Positions 19,656-28,051 of a stretch of DNA of 56,040 nt are shown here, piece after piece. Within the stretch, counting starts at the first letter, position 1. Every line of letters starts with the position of its first letter. The translations under genes and the position numbers were made by a program. Source of the DNA: an uncultured bacterium (GTDB taxonomy: Bacteria > Cyanobacteriota > Vampirovibrionia > Gastranaerophilales > Gastranaerophilaceae); the NCBI GenBank assembly GCA_902796585.1, contig CADBPN010000131.1, forward strand, positions 1-56,040, written 5' to 3'. Under the pieces are notes generated by a model that worked only from the letters and a program-made list of their open reading frames with translations, was not told the origin of the DNA and did not search any database.

Positions 19656-20543
19656 ATGAAAGAACAAACTTTTTTAAAAATTATAGAAAATCACATAGGA
19701 AGTGAGTATATTGGTGACGACTGTGCTTATATAAAGGATTTGGGTATTGTAGTAACGCAGGATAGTTTGGTGGAAAATATACATTTTAAAAGAGAATGGT
19801 ATACTCCGTATGAACTCGGATATAAATCTGTAGCGGTTAATATCAGTGACATTATAGCAAGCGGAGGAATTCCCAAATATGTAACAATCGGACTGTCTTT
19901 ACCGAAAGATATTGATGAGAGTTTTATCGAAGATTTTTACAAAGGTGCAAGTAAAGCATTATTCGGAGCAAAAATTATAGGCGGTGATATAACAGGATCA
20001 GAAGACAAAATCTTTATTTCAATAACCGCAATCGGCAGTGATACAAAAAGGAAGATATCTTCAAGAAAAAATGCTCATGAAGGTTATTTGATAGTAACTA
20101 AGGGAAATCTTGGTTCAAGCGCAGCCGGACTTAAAGAATTGCAAAATAACGGAAATTCGGAAAAATTAATCAATGCTCATAAGTTGCCTCAATTAGAAAT
20201 TGATTTTTCCAGACAAATTGCAGAAAACATAAAGGAAGATTACGCAATGATGGATACATCTGACGGCTTAGCAGATGCTCTCTTTAAAATTGCAGAATCA
20301 AGCGGAGTAAAAATAAAAGTTGATTATTCAAAGATTCCTCATCTTTCGAATGTATCAAAACAAGATGTTATTTTTGGAGGAGAAGACTATAAACTTATTG
20401 CAGCGTTGCCCAAAGAATTTATCAGGAATATTGATAATGCGGCAGTAATAGGTGAAGTTTTGCCTTTTGATGGTGTAAGACTTGAAATAGGGTCTGATAT
20501 ATTTAAAACTTATGATGATTTAAATGTATATAATCATTTTTAA
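19656..20543 (+). CDS. thiL: Thiamine-monophosphate kinase
   Basis: IGDDCA, AVNISDI.A.GG, IGGD, DTSDGL, GGEDY; start set at ATG 19656. Confidence 0.93.
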   Translation: MKEQTFLKIIENHIGSEYIGDDCAYIKDLGIVVTQDSLVENIHFKREWYTPYELGYKSVAVNISDIIASGGIPKYVTIGLSLPKDIDESFIEDFYKGASKALFGAKIIGGDITGSEDKIFISITAIGSDTKRKISSRKNAHEGYLIVTKGNLGSSAAGLKELQNNGNSEKLINAHKLPQLEIDFSRQIAENIKEDYAMMDTSDGLADALFKIAESSGVKIKVDYSKIPHLSNVSKQDVIFGGEDYKLIAALPKEFIRNIDNAAVIGEVLPFDGVRLEIGSDIFKTYDDLNVYNHF

Positions 20544-20549
20544 GTAATA

Positions 20550-22016
20550 TTATTCACTTTTAAAAATCCATAAATCTTTTTGGAATAATACAAGGAATGG
20601 AATTAACTCCAAACGTCCTGCAAGCATATCTATTATAAATATTAATTTTGTAAGTGGTTGAAGTGTTGCAAAATTTCCCATAGGACCTATTATATTACCG
20701 AATCCAGGGCCCAAGTTTCCCATAGAAGAAATGGAGCCGATAAGAGCAATTGTTGTATTTTTTTCTATAATTCCGACAACAAGAGCAGAAATTGCAATCA
20801 AGCCGAAATAAAAAGATACAAACATTATTGTTTGATAGAGGATATCTTTAGGAACGGAGTAATTACCTATTTTAATATTATAAACAGCTTTTGGATGAAG
20901 TATTTTCATCATTTCCGATTTCATTATTTTAAATACAAGCATCCATCTTGTTACTTTAAGCCCGCCGCCGGCAGAGCTTGCACAGCTTCCGAAAAGGATT
21001 ATGATGAATAATAGAATTTTACTGACATAATCCCATTTAGAGTAGTCAACACTGCAAAATCCTGATGAAGATACCAATGATGTTACGTTGAAAAATGAAT
21101 GTATTAAACTGTTAAATAAATCATAATGCATATTTGTAAAGAGCGAAACAGCAAGTAAAACAGAAATTAAAAACACTCCGCCGAAATAAACTTTAAATTC
21201 TTCATTTTTAAAAAGCAAGAACGGATTTAATTTTGACCAAGCTTTGTGCTGCAAGTTGAAATTTGCACCTGCAAAAAACATAAAAAATGTTATTATCCAC
21301 ATTATAGAATGTGAATATGAAGAAATACTGTCAGCGTTAGGAGAAAATCCGCCGCCGGACAGAGATGACATAGAGTGGCAAACTGCCTCGAATGAATTCA
21401 TTCCGCATATCTTAAGAGCAATAAATTCCAGTATAGTAAGTCCTGCGTATATTTTCCACAGAGAAGCTGCGGTACTTTTTATCCTTGGTGTGAATTTTTC
21501 TTCTGTAGGGCCCGGCGCTTCCGCAAAAAACAATTGTCTTCCCGCAATAGCAAATTGAGGAAGAACCGCTATGAATAATACGATAATTCCCATCCCGCCA
21601 AGCCATTGAGTAAATGAGCGCCAAAAAAACATTGCATGCGGGTAATTAAAATGAGTTAAAGTTGTAGCACCGGTAGTTGTGATTCCTGCCATTGCCTCAA
21701 ATATAGAGTTCAGAGGTGTAAGTCCGAAAAACATATATGGAATTGTGGCGAAAAGTCCTGCAAAAATCCAAGAAAATGTTACAACAGTAAGTCCTTCTGA
21801 TTTTTTAATATCATTAATAGATTTTATTTTATGAGAACTGTTTATAATTTTTTTTATTGTAACAGAAATCATTAGAGCAGCCGCTGAGGTTGCAAAAAAA
21901 GGCAATATTGAAGAATATTCGTGATAACATATTGCGACAATAATCGGTATAAGCAATGCTAAGCTAAAATATGTCATTACAAGAGAAAAAGTATATGCTA
22001 AATAAGATAATCTCAT
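20550..22016 (-). CDS. trkH: Trk potassium uptake membrane subunit
   Basis: TTTGAT, QWLGGMGII, GGGLK, GNLGPG, GRLE. Confidence 0.95.
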   Translation of the reverse strand: MRLSYLAYTFSLVMTYFSLALLIPIIVAICYHEYSSILPFFATSAAALMISVTIKKIINSSHKIKSINDIKKSEGLTVVTFSWIFAGLFATIPYMFFGLTPLNSIFEAMAGITTTGATTLTHFNYPHAMFFWRSFTQWLGGMGIIVLFIAVLPQFAIAGRQLFFAEAPGPTEEKFTPRIKSTAASLWKIYAGLTILEFIALKICGMNSFEAVCHSMSSLSGGGFSPNADSISSYSHSIMWIITFFMFFAGANFNLQHKAWSKLNPFLLFKNEEFKVYFGGVFLISVLLAVSLFTNMHYDLFNSLIHSFFNVTSLVSSSGFCSVDYSKWDYVSKILLFIIILFGSCASSAGGGLKVTRWMLVFKIMKSEMMKILHPKAVYNIKIGNYSVPKDILYQTIMFVSFYFGLIAISALVVGIIEKNTTIALIGSISSMGNLGPGFGNIIGPMGNFATLQPLTKLIFIIDMLAGRLELIPFLVLFQKDLWIFKSE

Positions 22017-23357
22017 TTATTTCTCCTCAAAAAACTCTCTGATTGTTTGAGCATTTTCGCTTGTTGTAAATATAATCAACTTATCTTTGCTATTTACAAG
22101 TGTAAGTCCGTTTGGAATTAAAATTCTTTTTCCTCTTTGAATAACACCGACAATGGCTTGAACTGGCAGGTGCAAGTCCATAACCTTCTTTGTTTCATAA
22201 TTATCCGGAAGTTCAATGAATAATACTTCTCCTTTTCCTTGTTCAACAGTTGCTAAAATGCCAATGTTAGTCGATTTCATACTGTTCTTGATTTCATTTA
22301 AAGAAGCGGTTTTGGAAGAAATTGCTATATCAATACCGACTTTTTCAAATAATGCCACGTTTGTATTTTTAGTAACCCTTGATATAACTCTTTTTGCGCC
22401 CATTTGTTTGACTAAAAGCGAACAAAGTAAATTCTTTTCATCGTTATCTGTTACGCTAACAACAACATCAGAAGCTGAAACATCTTCTTCGTTTAATAAT
22501 TCCAAATCGGTTCCGTCACCATTTATAATCAGTGCATGTTGTAATTCTTGTGCAAGGTAATTACAACGTTCTTCATCTTTTTCTATAATCTTTAATTTGA
22601 TTTTTAAATTCTCAAGCCCTTTTGCCAACTTTAATCCGACACTTCCGCCGCCTATAATTGTAACGGATTTTACAAATTCTTTTTCATGGAAAAACTTACC
22701 GGCAAGTATATTAAGAGAATGAGAAAGTCCCATAAAAATTACTTTATCATCTTGTCTAAGCATTGTGTTACCGTTTGGAATAAACAGTTCACTATTCCTT
22801 GTTATACCAACAATTAAAGTATCTTTCGGAAATTCGCAATTTTTTATTAACTGGTTTATCAAAAGAGACTTTTCTCCGATTTTGTATTCGAGAAGTCTGG
22901 CTCTTCCGTCAGCAAAATATTCAACATCAAGAGCTTTTGCAACAGTGATAATTCTGAAAATTTCTTGTGTAAGCAATTCTTCCGGCCAAATAACGTTATC
23001 AATATATAAGTCACCGTTGTATTCTGCATCTTTAACTAAACCTAAAGAAGATTTGTACTCTTCTTTTCTTACAAAACAGATAGTTCTTGCATTACTCAAA
23101 CGTTTGACTGTAAGGCAGGCAACAATATTTAATTCGTCAGAATCATTGCAGGCTATAAATACATCAGCGTCTTTAATACCGGCTTGTTTAAGAACTTCCA
23201 AACTGGAAGCATTCCCGGATATAAATCCGACATCAAGCTTGTTAAAGGCATCAACCTTATTTTTTTCTTCGTCAATGACTGTTATATCATTGTTTGTATA
23301 AAACTCTCCGGCTATCATTGAGCCTATTTCATTTGCACCGAAAATTATAATCTTCAT
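22017..23357 (-). CDS. trkA: Trk potassium uptake NAD-binding subunit
   Basis: Two RCK domains (IIIFGANEIG; IIGGGSVG); abuts trkH. Confidence 0.95.
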   Translation of the reverse strand: MKIIIFGANEIGSMIAGEFYTNNDITVIDEEKNKVDAFNKLDVGFISGNASSLEVLKQAGIKDADVFIACNDSDELNIVACLTVKRLSNARTICFVRKEEYKSSLGLVKDAEYNGDLYIDNVIWPEELLTQEIFRIITVAKALDVEYFADGRARLLEYKIGEKSLLINQLIKNCEFPKDTLIVGITRNSELFIPNGNTMLRQDDKVIFMGLSHSLNILAGKFFHEKEFVKSVTIIGGGSVGLKLAKGLENLKIKLKIIEKDEERCNYLAQELQHALIINGDGTDLELLNEEDVSASDVVVSVTDNDEKNLLCSLLVKQMGAKRVISRVTKNTNVALFEKVGIDIAISSKTASLNEIKNSMKSTNIGILATVEQGKGEVLFIELPDNYETKKVMDLHLPVQAIVGVIQRGKRILIPNGLTLVNSKDKLIIFTTSENAQTIREFFEEK

Positions 23358-23418
23358 AGGCTTATTTAACCCTAAATAATGTAATAAGTCAATTTTTATA
23401 AAAATTTATATATTTATT

Positions 23419-23450
23419 GGGAACTTTTTTATTTAATTTTCGTCTATATA
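23419..23450 (+). promoter_or_regulatory. ECF/sigmaE-type promoter
   Basis: GGAACTT-16nt-TCTATA upstream of the sigma gene. Confidence 0.6.
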
Positions 23451-23489
23451 AGTGAAGAGAGATTTTGATTGAATAGATGGAGGATTATA

Positions 23490-24416
23490 ATGTCAAATGC
23501 ATTAAGAAATATTGAATACATAAACTTATCAGAAGATAATGAAACCGAACCTAAAACTTTTAGCACAATAGTAAACAATGACGATATTTTGCAAATGTAC
23601 TTGAAAGAAATTGGGCGAAAAAAAATGCTTTCAAGAGAAGAAGAAATTGAATTAGGCAGAAAAATTCAAGAGGGAAATTCTTTCGAAAGTAATGAAGCAA
23701 AGAAAAAACTTGTGCAAGCTAATTTAAGACTTGTAGTAAGTATTGCTAAAAAATATATAGGTCAAGGTGTTCTTTTTATGGATTTGGTTCAGGAAGGTTC
23801 AATGGGCTTGATAAAGGCTGCTGAGAAGTTTGATTACAAAAAGAATTTTAAGTTTTCAACTTATGCAACATGGTGGATAAAACAAACAATTGTAAGAGCA
23901 ATTTCAAACCATTCAAGAACAATAAGGATTCCCGTACACATGCTGGAAAAAATCCGTAAATATAAAAAAGCCTGTATAATGGCGGAATGTGATGAAACCA
24001 TGGATACTAATGATGATACAATTTCTAAATTGTGTGGTTTAGACAAGAAAAAATTAGATGAAATAAGATGTGCAATAAAAACTGAACCGATTAGTTTAGA
24101 AACTTATGTAACAGATGACTTGTGTATTCAAGATTACGTGGAAGACAAAAGTTATTGTTCTCCGGACAACAAAGCACAGGAATGTTTTAAAGAAGCAGAT
24201 GTGATAAATCTTTTGCATCATCTTGACAAGAGAGAAGAAGAAATTTTGAAACGCAGATACGGAATAGAAGACGAAGAACCTAAGACTCTTGAACAAATAG
24301 GAAATCAAATGGGTTTTTCTAAAGAAAGAATAAGACAACTCGAAAACATAGCTCTAAAAAAATTAAGAAATGTAAGCAGTATAGATGAATATCGAACATA
24401 TATTGAGGAAGAGTAA
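23490..24416 (+). CDS. RpoD/SigA-family (group 2-like) sigma factor
   Basis: Region 1.2 [41 protein letters not shown]; GGAGG RBS before ATG 23490. Confidence 0.92.
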   Translation: MSNALRNIEYINLSEDNETEPKTFSTIVNNDDILQMYLKEIGRKKMLSREEEIELGRKIQEGNSFESNEAKKKLVQANLRLVVSIAKKYIGQGVLFMDLVQEGSMGLIKAAEKFDYKKNFKFSTYATWWIKQTIVRAISNHSRTIRIPVHMLEKIRKYKKACIMAECDETMDTNDDTISKLCGLDKKKLDEIRCAIKTEPISLETYVTDDLCIQDYVEDKSYCSPDNKAQECFKEADVINLLHHLDKREEEILKRRYGIEDEEPKTLEQIGNQMGFSKERIRQLENIALKKLRNVSSIDEYRTYIEEE

Positions 24417-24443
24417 ATATGTTTATGTTAAACTTAATTTACT

Positions 24444-25784
24444 ATGAGTAGAAAACAAATTATTGCAATAGTGGGAAGACCAAATGTCGGAAAATCAACA
24501 TTTGTAAATAGACTTGTCGGAAAAAGACAGTCTATTGTTGATGATCAGCCTGGTGTTACAAGAGACAGAATCTATTTTGACGTAGAGTGGCAGAATAAAC
24601 AGTTTACAGTAATAGATACCGGAGGTATTGTTCCGGGTGATGAAGACGAAATTATGCTTTCTATATATGACCAAGCGAAAATAGCTTGTGATGAAGCAGA
24701 TAAAATAGTTTTTATAGTAGACGGTATTGACGGTGTTACTCCTGTTGATGAAGATATTGCAAATATATTGCGTCAATCGGACAAGCCGGTTATTCTTGCC
24801 GTTAATAAAGTTGATTCTCACAATCAAGTCACTATGATTAATGATTTTTACTCTCTTGCAATAGGAGAACCGGTTGCAATATCAGCACTCCATGGTTCAG
24901 GCGGGGTTGGGGATTTGCTTGATGAAATTACAAAAGATATTGAACAGGAAGAGGAAGCAGAAAAAGATTCTGCAATAAAACTTGCAATCGTAGGTCGTCC
25001 GAATGCGGGAAAATCTTCAATTGTAAACGCTCTATTGGGCGAAAAACGTGTTATTGTGTCTGATATTTCCGGAACTACAAGAGACAGCATTGATTCAAGA
25101 TTGAATTTTAACGGACAGGATTTTGTAATAATTGATACTGCGGGAATAAGAAAAAAATCAAAAGTAGATTACGGTATTGAAAAATTTGCTGTCGATAGAG
25201 CAATTCGTTCAATAAAAGAATGTGATGTTGCACTTATGGTTATAGATGCAACAGAAGCCGTTAACGGAATTTCCGACCAAGATAAAAAAATAGCTTCTAT
25301 TATAACAGAAGCAGGTAAAGGAATGGTTATAGCTATAAATAAATGGGATTTGGTTGAAGATAAAAAATCGAATACTATTAATAAGTTTGAAAAGCTGATA
25401 TCAAACGAGATTCCTTTTTTAAGCTATGTTCCTAAAATTTATATAAGTGCAGTAACTCATCAAAGATTACACAGCATATATACAAAAGTTGTTGAAGTTC
25501 AGAAAGAACATTCAAAAAGAATTTCTACAGGATTGTTGAATAAAGTTGTTAATGAGGCCTATGCTCTTAATCCGCCTCAAACTATTAGAAACAAAAAATT
25601 AAAAATAATGTATTCAACCCAAGCTTCAATAGAACCGCCGACATTTATTTTGTTTGCAAATGACGAGAACTTGCTAAAAGACCACTATAAACGTTATCTG
25701 GAAAATAAACTCAGAGAAGCATTCGGTTTTGTCGGAACACCAATACGGATATCAGTAAGAACCAGAAGTGAAAAGAAGAAATAA
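24444..25784 (+). CDS. der: Ribosome biogenesis GTPase Der (EngA)
   Basis: Two tandem G domains, GRPNVGKS and GRPNAGKS. Confidence 0.98.
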   Translation: MSRKQIIAIVGRPNVGKSTFVNRLVGKRQSIVDDQPGVTRDRIYFDVEWQNKQFTVIDTGGIVPGDEDEIMLSIYDQAKIACDEADKIVFIVDGIDGVTPVDEDIANILRQSDKPVILAVNKVDSHNQVTMINDFYSLAIGEPVAISALHGSGGVGDLLDEITKDIEQEEEAEKDSAIKLAIVGRPNAGKSSIVNALLGEKRVIVSDISGTTRDSIDSRLNFNGQDFVIIDTAGIRKKSKVDYGIEKFAVDRAIRSIKECDVALMVIDATEAVNGISDQDKKIASIITEAGKGMVIAINKWDLVEDKKSNTINKFEKLISNEIPFLSYVPKIYISAVTHQRLHSIYTKVVEVQKEHSKRISTGLLNKVVNEAYALNPPQTIRNKKLKIMYSTQASIEPPTFILFANDENLLKDHYKRYLENKLREAFGFVGTPIRISVRTRSEKKK

Positions 25785-25850
25785 AATAGAATAAACACTT
25801 TACAAGGGTTCTGTTTATGTTAGCATGAAATCATATAAGGAGATATTATA

Positions 25851-26156
25851 ATGAAAAAATACGAATTATTAGCAATTTTTAAACCAAGTCTTGATTCAGA
25901 AGAATTAGACAAAGCTGTAGATAAAATTTCATCAGATATTAAATCTGCAAAAGGTGAAATTGTATCAGTAGATAAAATGGGAAGAAAAAAACTGGCTTAC
26001 GATCTTCAAGGATTCAGAGACGGTTATTTCACTACAATTGTAACGGCACTCCCACCTGAAGCTGTTGTTGACTTTAAAAGAAATCTTAAATTAAATGATT
26101 CTGTTTTAAGATTTATGTTTATGGAAGTTTCTAAAAAAGAAAGGGTAAATGCATAA
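25851..26156 (+). CDS. rpsF: 30S ribosomal protein S6
   Basis: KYELL.I, MGRKKLAY, VLRFM; rpsF-ssb-rpsR synteny. Confidence 0.95.
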   Translation: MKKYELLAIFKPSLDSEELDKAVDKISSDIKSAKGEIVSVDKMGRKKLAYDLQGFRDGYFTTIVTALPPEAVVDFKRNLKLNDSVLRFMFMEVSKKERVNA

Positions 26157-26223
26157 GGACGTTTTAGCTTCCGAAAATGTATAATTTACCTGATAGAATT
26201 AATTAATATATGAGGAAAATCTT

Positions 26224-26637
26224 ATGACACTGGCAAAAGCAGTTGTAACGGGGACTGTATATAGAGCTCCTGAGAAAAGATTCACACAAAATAATATTCC
26301 TGTATCTTCGTTTGTAGTAAATATAGGCGACAGAGAGGAAATGTTGTTAAGAGTGATTTCCAGAAGGACAGCTTTAGATGAAGCTGTATCATCTCTGGGA
26401 AAGGGAGATAAAGTTCTTATAGAAGGCAGATTGCAAATTACAACTGTAAAGAATGAAAGCGGTGCAGAAAGACGCATTTATGAAATAGATGCCAATACAG
26501 TTGAACCAATGGGAGAAACTTCCGGTGTAGGAAGTGTATCAGCACCGTCAAAAGAATCTTCCGGTGAGGATATAGTTAAATTTTCGCAAGAAGAATTTAC
26601 TGATGAACTCATTGGAGAAGACGAAATCCCGTTTTAG
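26224..26637 (+). CDS. ssb: Single-stranded DNA-binding protein
   Basis: OB fold, KGDKVLIEGRL, acidic tail DEIPF. Confidence 0.93.
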   Translation: MTLAKAVVTGTVYRAPEKRFTQNNIPVSSFVVNIGDREEMLLRVISRRTALDEAVSSLGKGDKVLIEGRLQITTVKNESGAERRIYEIDANTVEPMGETSGVGSVSAPSKESSGEDIVKFSQEEFTDELIGEDEIPF

Positions 26638-26640
26638 GGG

Positions 26641-26669
26641 TAAAGGGGTAAATGGGTAAAGGGTTAAAT
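26641..26669 (+). repeat. 8-bp tandem array TAAA(G/T)GG(G/T)
   Basis: taaagggg-taaatggg-taaagggt-taaat. Confidence 0.6.
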
Positions 26670-26723
26670 TTAAGTAAATTTTACTGACAAATAATAACAA
26701 GGCTAGAAAGGCAAAATAGAACA

Positions 26724-26957
26724 ATTGCAAAACAAGACGCAGCAGATAGAAAGAAAAATAAAACCTGCAGTTTTTGTGCTGAACATGTTGATTCTATCGA
26801 CTACAAAGATGCAGCAAAATTAAAAAGATACTTAACTGAAGCTGGAAAAATTATTCCAAGACGTGTTACAGGAAACTGTGCAAGACACCAAAGAATGATT
26901 ACAACAGCTATCAAAAGAGCAAGAGAAGCTGCAATCATTAACTATGTATTCGACTAA
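26724..26957 (+). CDS. rpsR: 30S ribosomal protein S18 (absent from ORF track; probable ATT start)
   Basis: Manual translation [17 protein letters not shown]...IDYKD...[17 protein letters not shown]...AIKRAR; no in-frame ATG/GTG/TTG upstream of the conserved core before the TGA at 26685. Confidence 0.93.
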   Translation: MAKQDAADRKKNKTCSFCAEHVDSIDYKDAAKLKRYLTEAGKIIPRRVTGNCARHQRMITTAIKRAREAAIINYVFD

Positions 26958-26976
26958 TTTGTCGAATAAAGATTTT

Positions 26977-27008
26977 TAGGAATGGCGGATTTATATCTGT
27001 CATTCCTA
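26977..27008 (+). terminator. Hairpin/terminator after rpsR
   Basis: taggaatggcggat/atctgtcattccta. Confidence 0.7.
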
Positions 27009-27041
27009 TATTTAAGTAAAATAATGTATTAGGAGTAAAAA

Positions 27042-27230
27042 ATGACAAACCAAATCACAATCAGATCTGACAGAAAAACCGAATATGTATTTCAATACAA
27101 GGGTGAAGATGTAACATTAAAAGCAGGTGGTATCTTGAGTATCGCAGATGGTCTTGATGAAGTTGTTCTTCCGACTTGTGCAATGAAGATTGTAAAAAAT
27201 CTGATTGTAATTAAAGATGATGTAAAATAG
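27042..27230 (+). CDS. 62-aa hypothetical protein
   Basis: AGGAG RBS, own terminator, host-like codon use. Confidence 0.8.
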   Translation: MTNQITIRSDRKTEYVFQYKGEDVTLKAGGILSIADGLDEVVLPTCAMKIVKNLIVIKDDVK

Positions 27231-27252
27231 TAAATAACAAAAAGTTTATGGC

Positions 27253-27284
27253 AAAGACGTAACAATTTCATTGTTGCGTTTTTT
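27253..27284 (+). terminator. Intrinsic terminator
   Basis: aaagacgtaacaat/attgttgcgttttt. Confidence 0.7.
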
Positions 27285-27300
27285 GTTTTAAATTTTTACC

Positions 27301-27392
27301 AAAGAAAAAAGCCGCAATCCTGCGGCATTAACTCGTTAGATAAAGGAGTGGAGGAGAAAATAAAGAAAAGAGATTATACTTGTATATACCAC
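27301..27392 (-). ncRNA. Candidate ~90-nt sRNA with CU-rich anti-SD core
   Basis: Minus-strand terminator GCCGCA-ggat-TGCGGC-T6 with no minus-strand CDS to terminate; CTCCTCCACTCCTTT core; upstream promoter-like motif. Confidence 0.55.
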
Positions 27393-27427
27393 AATATATA
27401 TATAATATAACACTTATAGATAAAATT

Positions 27428-27445
27428 GTTACAAAAGTTTACAAA
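27428..27445 (+). promoter_or_regulatory. HLR1-like direct repeat
   Basis: GTTACAAA-ag-TTTACAAA. Confidence 0.5.
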
Positions 27446-27529
27446 AGAGCGTATGAGAAAAATTTGTAATTTTCCACAGACTCAATAGCATTTGTTGACA
27501 CATCAACTTTTATTTTTTATTATAAAAAT

Positions 27530-27976
27530 ATGGAAATAAGGTCAGAGCATTACACAGATACGGTAATATACGCTTGTGATGTAATATTGAAAAACTTAAA
27601 ATCAGCACTTAAAGCAAAGCTTGATAAATTAGATTTGGGTATAACAAGCGAACAGTTTGTAGTTTTGGATACAATTAATTCTCAAACCGAGATATATCAG
27701 CAGCAATTATCCGATATATTATTAAAAGATAAAGCAAATACAACAAGGCTGGTAAAAATATTAGAAAAAAAGGGGCTTATAAAAAGAGAATCCGGAAGTT
27801 ATAAAAACAGAGTTGTGAATTCATTGAAGGTTACTCCGGAAGGTAAAAAAATATTAACAAAAGCGATACCTTTAATGAAAAAATACATAGAAGAGATTTT
27901 TTCAAATTTGTCTAATAAAGATGTTGATACATTGCATCTTATGGCTGACAGAATTTCGCAGGATTTAGATTTTTGA
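27530..27976 (+). CDS. MarR-family transcriptional regulator
   Basis: ITSEQFVVL, DKANTTRLVKILEKKGLI, TPEG. Confidence 0.92.
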   Translation: MEIRSEHYTDTVIYACDVILKNLKSALKAKLDKLDLGITSEQFVVLDTINSQTEIYQQQLSDILLKDKANTTRLVKILEKKGLIKRESGSYKNRVVNSLKVTPEGKKILTKAIPLMKKYIEEIFSNLSNKDVDTLHLMADRISQDLDF

Positions 27977-28051
27977 TTTTTTAGGCAATAATTTTTCCTT
28001 TTTATATTTGGTATATAATTAAATAAGCGGACATTTTAGAGGGAATTAATT

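Noticed and set aside
27343-27356. Strong plus-strand SD (AAGGAGTGGAGGAG) implying a small ORF
   Set aside because: No start codon at a suitable distance; terminator polarity indicates a minus-strand RNA
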